Origin: Clostridiales bacterium
GTDB taxonomy: Bacteria > Bacillota > Clostridia > Christensenellales > UBA1242
DNA length: 64,000 nt
Direction: 5' to 3'
Assembly (NCBI GenBank): GCA_015069325.1
Contig: SVIV01000001.1
Coordinates: forward strand, 81,416 to 145,415
The notes below the pieces were generated by a model. The model did no database searches and was not told the DNA's origin. It was given only the letters and a program-made list of their open reading frames with translations. Below are positions 7,916 to 15,843 of this stretch, in pieces (the stretch's first letter is position 1; each line of letters begins with the position of its first letter). The position numbers were made by a program, and so were the translations under genes.

Positions 7916-10900
7916 ATGAAAGAGTTTATACACTTGCATTTGCATACAGAGTATAGCTTGCTTGATGGGCTTGCTAGAATTAAAAAACTTGTAAAAATGG
8001 TAAAAGAAAGGGGCTGGCGCGCGGTTGCTATCACCGATCACGGTAATATGTTTGGCTCACTTAAATTTTTTGAAGAATGTATTACGAATGGTATAAAACC
8101 TATTATTGGTGAAGAATTTTATATTTGTCATAATATGCAAGAAAAAACGAATGATAGGGCACACCTAGTTTTGCTTGCGAAAAATATGCAAGGATATCAA
8201 AATCTTTTAAAGCTTTCATCATATGCTTATTTAGATGGAATGTATTATAAGGCGAGAATTGATTATGATCTTCTGGAAAAGCATAGTGAAGGCCTTATTT
8301 GCCTTTCTGCTTGTGTTGCAGGACATATTCCTCACTATTTGATAAATGGACAAGATGAAGAAGCGGAAAAACTTGCATTAAGACTGAAAAATATGTTTGG
8401 GGAAGATTTTTATCTGGAAATTCAAGACCATGGTTTAGAAGATGAAAAACTTGCTCTTGTTAAACTTTCAAAACTTAGTGAAAAATTAAATATTCCACTT
8501 GTTGCAACAAATGACGTGCATTATTTATATAAAGAAGATGCAGAACTTCAAGACGTTTTAATGTGCGTCCAAATGGGAAAGACAATAGATGATCCAGATA
8601 GATTGAAATTTGAAGGACAAGAACTTTATTTAAAAGATTATGATGAAATGTTGCAGGCATTGCCAGGCTTTCAAGATGCTATAGATAGGACAATTGAAAT
8701 TGCTGATAAGATTGAAGTTTTACCTATTAAAACAAAATCCCTTCGTGAAGCAGCAGAAGGCGGTTGCAATCTAATTCCTGATAAATGTAAACTTGCTGCA
8801 ACTGACAACTTTATTCCTATTTATGATCCTGGCACAGGCGAAACTACATATGAATACCTTACCAGACTTGCTTGGGAAGGCTTTAAAAAAATTTATACAA
8901 ATCCGCCACAAGAATATTATGATCGAATGAATATGGAACTTGAAACAATCCACAAGCTTGGTTATGTTGAATACTTCCTTGTCGTTTGGGATTATATTAA
9001 TTTTGCAAGAGAAAATGATATTCCAGTTGGTCCAGGGCGTGGCTCAGGTGCTGGAAGTTTAGTTGCATATTGCACGGGGATTACTCAAGTTGACCCTATG
9101 AAGTATGAATTATTCTTTGACCGCTTTATCAATCCAGAACGTGTATCAATGCCCGACTTTGACGTTGACTTTTGTATGGATAGACGTCGAGAAGTTATTG
9201 AATATTCAAAAAGAAAATATGGGGCAGATCACGTTTCAAATATTGTTACATTTGGAAATATGCAGGCGAAAAATGCTATTAAAGATGTAGCTAGAGTTTT
9301 AAGATATCCATATAGCGAAGTGGATAAAATCACAAAAGAAATTCCAGGAAAGCCGACACATAAACCACCTTGTCTTAAGTATTATTTTGGGACAACCGGC
9401 GAAGAAGCAGATGCAGAGTATATTATCCCAGAACTTCGTCGTATGTACGAAGAAGATGATGAAGTAAGGCGTATTGCGGATATGGCGATAAAGCTTGAAG
9501 GTGTGCCAAGGAATATGTCTATGCACGCCGCAGGTGTTTTAATTTCGCCAGATCCAGTTTATGAACACGTTCCAATGGCAAAAAGTGGTGAAGACGTTGT
9601 TACTCAAATGGATATGATTGAGCTTGAGCATTTGGGGCTTTTAAAGTTTGACTTCCTTGGACTTAGGACGCTAACAGATATACATAAAACAATTAAATAT
9701 GTAAAAGAAAATCACGGTGTTGAAATAGACTTTACAAAAATGTCATATGATGATCCGGCAGTTTTTGAACTGATTTCTTCAGGAAACACTGAAGCTGTAT
9801 TTCAGTTGGAAAGTGGGGGTATGAAGAAATTTATGAAGGACCTGCAACCAACTTGCTTGGAAGATATTATTGCGGGTATTTCATTATATCGTCCAGGACC
9901 AATGGACTTTATTCCTAAGTTTATCAAAGGTAAACGTAATCCTGAATCTGTTGAATATGATGATCCTTGCCTTGTGGATATTTTAAAGAATTCCTATGGC
10001 TGTATTGTTTATCAAGAACAGGTTATGAAAATCTTTCAAGTTATGGCAGGCTTTACTCTTGGTGGTGCGGATAATGTGCGTCGTATTATGAGTAAGAAAA
10101 AACCTGAAAAGCTTCCACCAGAAAAACAAAAATTCATCTATGGTGGAACGGGGGGTGATGGTCGTCCAATTCCAGGTGCTGTTGCTCTTGGCCACGATGC
10201 TCAAGTTGCTGAACGTGTTTTTGAATATATGGCGAAGTTTGCGGGATACGCGTTTAATAAATCTCACGCTGCGGCCTATGCGTATGTTTCATATCAAACA
10301 GGTTATTTAAAAGCGCATTATGAAATTGAATATTTGACAGCGGTTTTAAACAATAGAATTAATAATATTGATACAATCAAAAAATATACAAACTATGTAA
10401 GAAAAGAAGGATTTCAAGTTTATCCGCCAAATATTAATAAGTCAATTACAGAATTTAAGACAGAAAATGGTAATATGCGTTTTGGTCTTGGTGCTATTAA
10501 AGGCGTTGGAACAGGACTTATTGATATGATTGTGGAAGAGCGCAATCGTAACGGTCTATTTTCAAGTTTTGAAGATTTTGTAAAACGTGCCCCAGCAGGA
10601 GCAATGAATAAAAAAGCAATGGAATCTCTTATTTATGCTGGTGCATTTGATGAATTTGGTCATACCAGAAGTCAATTAATTGAAGTTTTTCCAACGCTTA
10701 TGGATATGGCAAATAGGGATAGAAAAGCAAAGGCGACAGGGCAGTTTTCAATGTTTGATACATTTGGAGATGAAACTGAAGTGGTTAACAAAGTGGAATA
10801 TCCAAACATCAAAGAATACAATAAAGAAGCATTATTAAAGTATGAAAAAGATTATGTGGGAATTTACCTTTCTGGTCACCCATTAGATGATTATTTAGAT

Positions 10901-11548
10901 AAATATGATGAATTTAATTTTACTTCAGATATGCTTCCTGATGAAATGGGTGGAGAAGAATTTGCGGGAGAAGAAGGCGAAGACATTAATTACACTCCAT
11001 CTTATGAAACAGAGGATGAATTAGAGCCTGCACCGGAAGAAGAAAATGCAATTAGTGATGGAATGTCTGTTGTTTGTGGTGGTATAATAAAAGCTATTAA
11101 GAAAATTACAAAAGGAGCAAATACTCTTGCTTTTCTGACAGTTGAAGACATTTTTGGCAACTTTGACGTAAGTTTATTTAATCGTGCCTATGCAAAATTT
11201 AAAGATATAATTGAAGAAGATAAAATGATTACAATTAAAGGGAAAATATCGATTCGAGAAGGTAAAAGTCCATCGGTAGTTGCAGACAGCATTATTCCTT
11301 GGGAAAAAAATGAAGAGATTTCTGAAAAAACAAATAAAACGGTTTATTTGAGATTTGATACAAAAAATATAGATATATATAATAGAGTCAAAAAGATTGC
11401 GTCTAGTTATGCAGGAGAATGTCCTGTTGTAATAAAATGCACTTCTTCAAACAAGGCGTTTGCGTTTAATGCAAAGGTAGATGCTAACAATTATTTAATT
11501 AATGAACTTATGGGGCTTCTTGGAGAAGATAATGTAATAGTGCGCTAA
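7916..11548 (+). CDS. dnaE: DNA polymerase III alpha subunit (DnaE type)
   Basis: 1,210 aa. PHP motif HLHLHTEYSLLDG...ITDHGNMFG, palm GPGRGSGAGSLVAYCTGIT...PDFDVDF, plus FDFLGLRTL and NKSHAAAYA motifs. Confidence 0.96.
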   Translation: MKEFIHLHLHTEYSLLDGLARIKKLVKMVKERGWRAVAITDHGNMFGSLKFFEECITNGIKPIIGEEFYICHNMQEKTNDRAHLVLLAKNMQGYQNLLKLSSYAYLDGMYYKARIDYDLLEKHSEGLICLSACVAGHIPHYLINGQDEEAEKLALRLKNMFGEDFYLEIQDHGLEDEKLALVKLSKLSEKLNIPLVATNDVHYLYKEDAELQDVLMCVQMGKTIDDPDRLKFEGQELYLKDYDEMLQALPGFQDAIDRTIEIADKIEVLPIKTKSLREAAEGGCNLIPDKCKLAATDNFIPIYDPGTGETTYEYLTRLAWEGFKKIYTNPPQEYYDRMNMELETIHKLGYVEYFLVVWDYINFARENDIPVGPGRGSGAGSLVAYCTGITQVDPMKYELFFDRFINPERVSMPDFDVDFCMDRRREVIEYSKRKYGADHVSNIVTFGNMQAKNAIKDVARVLRYPYSEVDKITKEIPGKPTHKPPCLKYYFGTTGEEADAEYIIPELRRMYEEDDEVRRIADMAIKLEGVPRNMSMHAAGVLISPDPVYEHVPMAKSGEDVVTQMDMIELEHLGLLKFDFLGLRTLTDIHKTIKYVKENHGVEIDFTKMSYDDPAVFELISSGNTEAVFQLESGGMKKFMKDLQPTCLEDIIAGISLYRPGPMDFIPKFIKGKRNPESVEYDDPCLVDILKNSYGCIVYQEQVMKIFQVMAGFTLGGADNVRRIMSKKKPEKLPPEKQKFIYGGTGGDGRPIPGAVALGHDAQVAERVFEYMAKFAGYAFNKSHAAAYAYVSYQTGYLKAHYEIEYLTAVLNNRINNIDTIKKYTNYVRKEGFQVYPPNINKSITEFKTENGNMRFGLGAIKGVGTGLIDMIVEERNRNGLFSSFEDFVKRAPAGAMNKKAMESLIYAGAFDEFGHTRSQLIEVFPTLMDMANRDRKAKATGQFSMFDTFGDETEVVNKVEYPNIKEYNKEALLKYEKDYVGIYLSGHPLDDYLDKYDEFNFTSDMLPDEMGGEEFAGEEGEDINYTPSYETEDELEPAPEEENAISDGMSVVCGGIIKAIKKITKGANTLAFLTVEDIFGNFDVSLFNRAYAKFKDIIEEDKMITIKGKISIREGKSPSVVADSIIPWEKNEEISEKTNKTVYLRFDTKNIDIYNRVKKIASSYAGECPVVIKCTSSNKAFAFNAKVDANNYLINELMGLLGEDNVIVR

Positions 11549-11603
11549 TTATAAATATAGGAATATTTTTCAAAAGTTAAAAAAATATTAAAAACAACAC
11601 AAT

Positions 11604-11633
11604 AAAAGACAAGGTTTGTCTTGTCTTTTATTG
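11604..11633 (+). terminator. rho-independent terminator after dnaE
   Basis: AAAAGACAAG (11604-11613) / CTTGTCTTTT (11620-11629), 6-nt loop, T-rich tail. Confidence 0.75.
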
Positions 11634-11701
11634 TTGATTTGTCAATAAAAAAGATATAATATAAAATATTTAAATTTTTTCAAACTATTTGATAAAAATT
11701 C

Positions 11702-11730
11702 TTGACAAACGTCGACAAGTGTGCTAAACT
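11702..11730 (+). promoter_or_regulatory. tRNA operon promoter
   Basis: TTGACA (11702-11707), 17 nt, TGcTAAACT (extended -10, hexamer 11725-11730). AT-rich UP-like region upstream. First tRNA starts 18 nt downstream. Confidence 0.75.
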
Positions 11731-11747
11731 CTAATAGTCAACAGTGT

Positions 11748-11821
11748 GCGGGTGTAGTTCAGTGGTAGAACACTAGCCTTCCAAGCTGGTTGCGAGGGTC
11801 CGATTCCCTTCACCCGCTCCA
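11748..11821 (+). tRNA. tRNA-Gly(UCC), encoded CCA, atypical T-loop
   Basis: Acceptor GCGGGTG/CACCCGC, anticodon loop CTTCCAA, discriminator T, CCA end. T-loop reads TCCGATT (C at position 55, nt 11800). Confidence 0.88.
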
Positions 11822-11824
11822 TAC

Positions 11825-11901
<77 letters not shown>

Positions 11902-11915
11902 ACAACCTTGGATAT

Positions 11916-11992
11916 GGTGGTCTTAGCTCAGTTGGCAGAGCGCCAGATTGTGGCTCTGGAGGTCAAGGGTTCGACCCCCTTAGATCACCCCA
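11916..11992 (+). tRNA. tRNA-His(GUG) with encoded G-1
   Basis: Extra 5' G pairing with C73. Anticodon stem CCAGA/TCTGG, loop TTGTGGC. T-arm AGGGTTCGACCCCCT, CCA. Confidence 0.92.
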
Positions 11993-12010
11993 TATAAAAT
12001 CCTTTATCAT

Positions 12011-12086
12011 TGGGGTGTCGCCAAGTGGTAAGGCATTGGATTCTGACTCCAACATTGCGTAGGTTCGAATCCTACCACCCCAGCCA
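12011..12086 (+). tRNA. tRNA-Gln(CUG)
   Basis: Acceptor TGGGGTG/CACCCCA, D-arm GCCAAGTGGTAAGGC, anticodon loop TTCTGAC, CCA. Confidence 0.9.
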
Positions 12087-12111
12087 CTAAAGGAAAAAGG
12101 TTGGAAAATAT

Positions 12112-12186
12112 TGGGGTATCGCCAAGCGGTAAGGCACACGATTTTGATTCGTGCATTCGTTGGTTCAAATCCAGCTACCCCAGCCA
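12112..12186 (+). tRNA. tRNA-Gln(UUG)
   Basis: Acceptor TGGGGTA/TACCCCA, anticodon stem CACGA/TCGTG, loop TTTTGAT, CCA. Confidence 0.9.
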
Positions 12187-12233
12187 AACAAAAACTCACG
12201 AATTTCCTCCCTCTATAATTCGAGTTTTTGTTT
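12187..12233 (+). other. interrupted hairpin between tRNA-Gln and tRNA-Lys (processing or partial-termination signal?)
   Basis: CAAAAAC (12189-12195) / GTTTTTG (12224-12230) plus CGAATT (12199-12204) / AATTCG (12217-12222). The 12-nt loop is TCCTCCCTCTAT. Confidence 0.35.
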
Positions 12234-12241
12234 AAAATTTT

Positions 12242-12317
12242 GGTTTACTAGCTCAGTTGGTAGAGCACTTGACTTTTAATCAAGGGGTCCCGGGTTCGAG
12301 TCCCGGGTAAGCCACCA
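12242..12317 (+). tRNA. tRNA-Lys(UUU)
   Basis: Acceptor GGTTTAC/GTAAGCC, anticodon stem CTTGA/TCAAG, loop CTTTTAA, T-arm CGGGTTCGAGTCCCG, CCA. Confidence 0.92.
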
Positions 12318-12342
12318 AAAAACACCAAAAGGTGTTTTTTTT
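12318..12342 (+). terminator. terminator of the tRNA operon
   Basis: AAAAAACACC / GGTGTTTTTT with a 4-nt AAAA loop and a T8 tail. Confidence 0.8.
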
Positions 12343-12477
12343 ATTAAAAGTCTATGTAAAGTTTTATTTACATTTGCGTAAAAGATGTGTTTATTGGTAA
12401 TAAAAAAGGATAATAATATTATAGTTTATCGATTTTGCAATTGATTGTTGAAAATATGCAAATTTATTTTTTAATGC

Positions 12478-12720
12478 TTGACATCATCTGCGAAAGATGC
12501 TGGTGATATGTTGCTTGTTGTGTTGGTGTCAAACATAAATGCTCTTTCAGTTTCGAATGAATTGCGTCGCAGATTTGGTGAAGAAGCGGAAATTTTTCAA
12601 AATCAAATCAGTAGCTATTTAAGTGAGCTTGACAAGGAAATTGAAAGTAGGCTTGTTGCAAATTGCGGTGTAAAAATACAAGATCATTCAACAAAAACAG
12701 AGCTTCCTGTATTAGAGTAA
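12478..12720 (+). other. orphan transcription unit: unsupported 80-codon ORF or an unclassified small RNA
   Basis: Island of coding-like composition between very AT-rich flanks. Candidate promoter TTGAAA (12448-12453), 16 nt, TTTAAT (12470-12475). TTG start without SD. No family recognised. Confidence 0.25.
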
Positions 12721-12926
12721 AATAACTTTTAAGATATCATTTAAGATTAATATTCTTATTAAAAAATGTTAATAGGGGTGTATAATAGGAAAATAAAAAA
12801 AGAATATTTAATTCTGTTTTGAAAGGGTTATAGTAGATGACAAATTGTGATTAATTTTAGTTTAAGTGAATATAATTTAATGTAGATAAAAAAACAAAAT
12901 AAGTATAAAAAAATAATTAAATAAAA

Positions 12927-12964
12927 ATTATATCCCTTGTAAATAAAGGGATATAATTTTTTTT
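12927..12964. terminator. bidirectional terminator (gpmI on the minus strand; also closes the 12478 unit)
   Basis: 12-bp perfect stem ATTATATCCCTT (12927-12938) / AAGGGATATAAT (12946-12957). A run upstream, T8 downstream. Confidence 0.7.
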
Positions 12965-13079
12965 GTATATATTTAATTTTTATTTTTTTTAGTTTCGTGT
13001 CGCTAAAATTCGATAGAAGATAAAGTTGTAAATAATGTTTTATTTTTAAGTAATCTAAGACGTGTAATGCTTAAAATGA

Positions 13080-14582
13080 TTAAAATAATGGCTTTTCCAT
13101 ATTGCGTGGAATTTCAATATTTAATAATTTCAATATTGTAGGTGCTATGTTTGCAATAGACATATTTTTCTTTAATTTTGCTTTTTTGTGTTTTTCGCTT
13201 ACAAAATATAAAGGAACCGGATTGTTTGTATGTGTTGTTATTTTGTTTCCTTTCTCATCAATCATATTTTCTGCGTTTCCGTGGTCTGCTGTGATTATGC
13301 ATTCTCCGCCTGCCAGAATGCTTGCAAGGGCTAGAGAATATGCACATTTATCAATGCAGGTTATTGCTTGTTTTGTTGATTCATAATTTCCAGTATGCCC
13401 AATCATATCTGGGTTTGAGAAATTGACCAAAATAAAGTCATATTTCGCAGAAGCGATTGCGTCAAGCGATTCTTCTGTTATTTCAACGGCTTTCATTTTA
13501 GGGTAATATGAATAATCTTTTGTGTCAATGCTTTCAATCAACTTTCTATCTTCGCCTTTATATGCTTTTTCAATTCCGCCATTAAAGAAAAATGTTACGT
13601 GTGCGTATTTTGTTGTTTCTGCAATATGGAATTGCTTTAGGTTGTTTTGGGATAGTATTGCTGATAAATTGTTATCTATTTTTTCTGGTGGATATAAAAC
13701 ATTTAAGTGTTTAAAGTCTTCACTATAAAGCTCCATTGGCGAAAATAAAAGGTTTTTAAGCGGTTTTCTTTCAAATTTATTGAATTTTTTGTTAATTATT
13801 GCATTTGTGAGTTCGATCGCTCTATCTGAACGGTAGTTAAAGAATATAATGCTATCATTATCTTTGATTGTTCCGTTTTTATCTAGTAGTGTTGGTAAGA
13901 TGAATTCGTCGTATATATCTTGTTTGTAAGATGCGTTTATTATATCAGCAAAATGTTCATTGCGATGATTTTCGCCAAAGATTATTGTGCGATAAGTTTT
14001 TTCTAATCTGTCGTAACGTTGTTCTCTATCCATAGCGTAAATTCGCCCTGAAATGGAAGCGATTTTATAGTTTGTTCCGGCTAGTTTTTTCTCTAATTGA
14101 TTAAGGTATGTTAAGCTGCTATTGTAAGGCGTGTCTCTTCCGTCTAAAAAAGCGTGGATATATACAGATTCAAGCTTCATCTCTTTTGCAAGGTCGATAA
14201 TTGCAAATAGGTGATTTATATGAGAGTGAACTCCGCCGTCAGATAAAAGCCCCATCAAATGCAATGCAGAACTGTTGTTTTTTGCGTGATTTATTGCTTT
14301 TAATAGTTGTTTGTTTTTGAAAAAACTTTTATCTTTTATATCGGCATTAATTTTTTGTAGGTCTTGCAATACTACTCGGCCTGCTCCCAGTGTGAGATGT
14401 CCTACTTCGCTGTTCCCCATTTGCTTGTCCGGAAGGCCTACAAATTTGCCGCTAGCTTGAAGTGATGCAAATGGATATTTTTCTTTCAGTTTATCAAGAT
14501 GTGGTGTTCCTGCAGAATAGATTGCGTTACCGAATTTTTGTTTGCTCAAACCGAATCCGTCTAAAATAATTAAAGTTACCAT
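13080..14582 (-). CDS. gpmI: 2,3-bisphosphoglycerate-independent phosphoglycerate mutase
   Basis: Start moved to ATG 14582 (GGAGATATT upstream): MVTLIILDGFGLS...MGNSEVGHLTLGAGR...GGVHSH...ADHGNAE. 500 aa. Confidence 0.94.
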   Translation of the reverse strand: MVTLIILDGFGLSKQKFGNAIYSAGTPHLDKLKEKYPFASLQASGKFVGLPDKQMGNSEVGHLTLGAGRVVLQDLQKINADIKDKSFFKNKQLLKAINHAKNNSSALHLMGLLSDGGVHSHINHLFAIIDLAKEMKLESVYIHAFLDGRDTPYNSSLTYLNQLEKKLAGTNYKIASISGRIYAMDREQRYDRLEKTYRTIIFGENHRNEHFADIINASYKQDIYDEFILPTLLDKNGTIKDNDSIIFFNYRSDRAIELTNAIINKKFNKFERKPLKNLLFSPMELYSEDFKHLNVLYPPEKIDNNLSAILSQNNLKQFHIAETTKYAHVTFFFNGGIEKAYKGEDRKLIESIDTKDYSYYPKMKAVEITEESLDAIASAKYDFILVNFSNPDMIGHTGNYESTKQAITCIDKCAYSLALASILAGGECIITADHGNAENMIDEKGNKITTHTNNPVPLYFVSEKHKKAKLKKNMSIANIAPTILKLLNIEIPRNMEKPLF

Positions 14583-14776
14583 AATATCTCCTATAGGTAT
14601 TTTAAAATAAAAGAATGATATTGTCAATTAAATAAAATAAAAGTTTTATATAATAATTTAATAATAAAGTAAAAAATATTTAAATTAAAAATAATTGAAA
14701 AGTAAAAAACAATTCAATAAAATATAAAAAATAATAAAAAACAATTAAAATACAAATAAATTAACAAAAAAACAAT

Positions 14777-14823
14777 AAAAAATATTTAAAAATAATATTT
14801 TTTCTTATTTTTAAATATTTTTT
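14777..14823 (-). terminator. A/T-only hairpin terminator after the TtcA-like gene
   Basis: 19-bp perfect stem AAAAAATATTTAAAAATAA (14777-14795) / TTATTTTTAAATATTTTTT (14805-14823), 9-nt loop. T run follows on the minus strand. Confidence 0.5.
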
Positions 14824-14833
14824 ATTTAATTAT

Positions 14834-15544
14834 TTAATTTTTATCAAATAAATTATATCTTTCTTGATGAATTATTGCATTAAATATTTTTTCTCTGCTG
14901 TTTGGATATGTTGTGTCTAGATCTTTTAAAATGGATTTAGCTTGCTCTCTTTTTGTGTGCTTGTCGGCGGGGCAAATGTTTTTTAAAATTGGTAGGTCTT
15001 CTGATATTTGTATAATATCCGATTCGTTGCAAAAAATTAGCGGACGAATGGCGTATATGTTGGTATTGGAAAGATATGATTTTGGCTTAAATGTTGACAA
15101 GCGTCCTTCGAAAAATAAACTAATAATAAATGTTTCGATTAAATCGTCCTTATGATGTCCGAGAGCTACTTTGTTGCAGTTGAGTCTTTTTGCGGTGCTG
15201 TTTAGTAAGCCCCTGCGCATATTTGCGCATAATGAACAAGGATTTTTTTCTTTTCGTATATCGAATACTATTTCAAAAACATTTGAAGGGACTATTTCAA
15301 GCGGAACATTTAATTGTTTGCAAAATGATTCTATTTTTGAATAATCGTTTTTGCCGTTTGTAAGATCAATAGCAACTGCCTGAAGGGAGAATTTATTTGG
15401 AGAAAATGTTTGGAATCTTGCCATCGCTTTTAAAAGAACGAGGCTATCTTTGCCGCCAGATATTCCTACGCAGATTTTATCTCCATCTTCAATTAAACTG
15501 TATTGATCGCAAGCTTTTCGCAAGGCTCCTAATATTTTTTGCAT
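14834..15544 (-). CDS. ttcA: PP-loop ATPase, tRNA 2-thiocytidine synthetase TtcA family
   Basis: PP-loop GISGGKDSLVLL plus CSLCANMRRG cysteine motif and ALGHHKDD. SD AGGAAA. Confidence 0.7.
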   Translation of the reverse strand: MQKILGALRKACDQYSLIEDGDKICVGISGGKDSLVLLKAMARFQTFSPNKFSLQAVAIDLTNGKNDYSKIESFCKQLNVPLEIVPSNVFEIVFDIRKEKNPCSLCANMRRGLLNSTAKRLNCNKVALGHHKDDLIETFIISLFFEGRLSTFKPKSYLSNTNIYAIRPLIFCNESDIIQISEDLPILKNICPADKHTKREQAKSILKDLDTTYPNSREKIFNAIIHQERYNLFDKN

Positions 15545-15728
15545 AACTATATTTCCTTTTAATTTTAATAATTATATCAAAAATAATAAAAAAATGCAAT
15601 ATTTTTACAAAAAAATATGCTTTTTTATTAATTAAAGAATACTTTAAAAATATAGAAATTATTTTAAAATTATAAATAAAAATAATAAAAAAATAAATAA
15701 TAAAATATTTATATTTAGCCCTATTTAT

Positions 15729-15757
15729 TTGACTTTTTTGGATAATATTTGTATAAT
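15729..15757 (+). promoter_or_regulatory. promoter of the giant ORF
   Basis: TTGACT (15729-15734), 17 nt, TATAAT (15752-15757) inside a ~300-bp extremely AT-rich divergent intergenic region. Confidence 0.55.
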
Positions 15758-15843
15758 TTATATATATAAATTTATTATTAAATTTATTAAAATTTTGTGT
15801 TTAATTATGTCGAAAATTACAGATATTAAACAAGGAGGATTTT

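Noticed and set aside
11963-12199. 78-codon minus-strand ORF across the tRNA cluster.
   Set aside because: It is made entirely of the reverse complements of the tRNA-His and tRNA-Gln genes, so it is an artefact.
12187-12233. The hairpin loop between tRNA-Gln and tRNA-Lys displays CCUCC, identical to the 16S anti-SD core.
   Set aside because: A 5-nt match is expected by chance. The hairpin is more simply a processing or partial-termination signal within the tRNA operon.
12478-12720. Tested the orphan unit by eye against tmRNA, RNase P RNA, SRP RNA, 6S RNA and T-box hallmarks.
   Set aside because: None of the conserved cores is present: no tRNA-like ends or tag ORF, no GGAAAGUCCGG-type P4 sequence, no GGAA-tetraloop/AGCA SRP motif, no T-box sequence. 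It is left unclassified rather than named.
14628-15843. Very AT-rich intergenic blocks (14628-14833, 15545-15843, also 49274-49624 and 61875-62296) that superficially look like repeat arrays or a CRISPR-like periodic structure.
   Set aside because: There is no regular repeat-spacer periodicity. They are low-complexity A/T tracts containing promoters and terminators. No cas genes are in the window.
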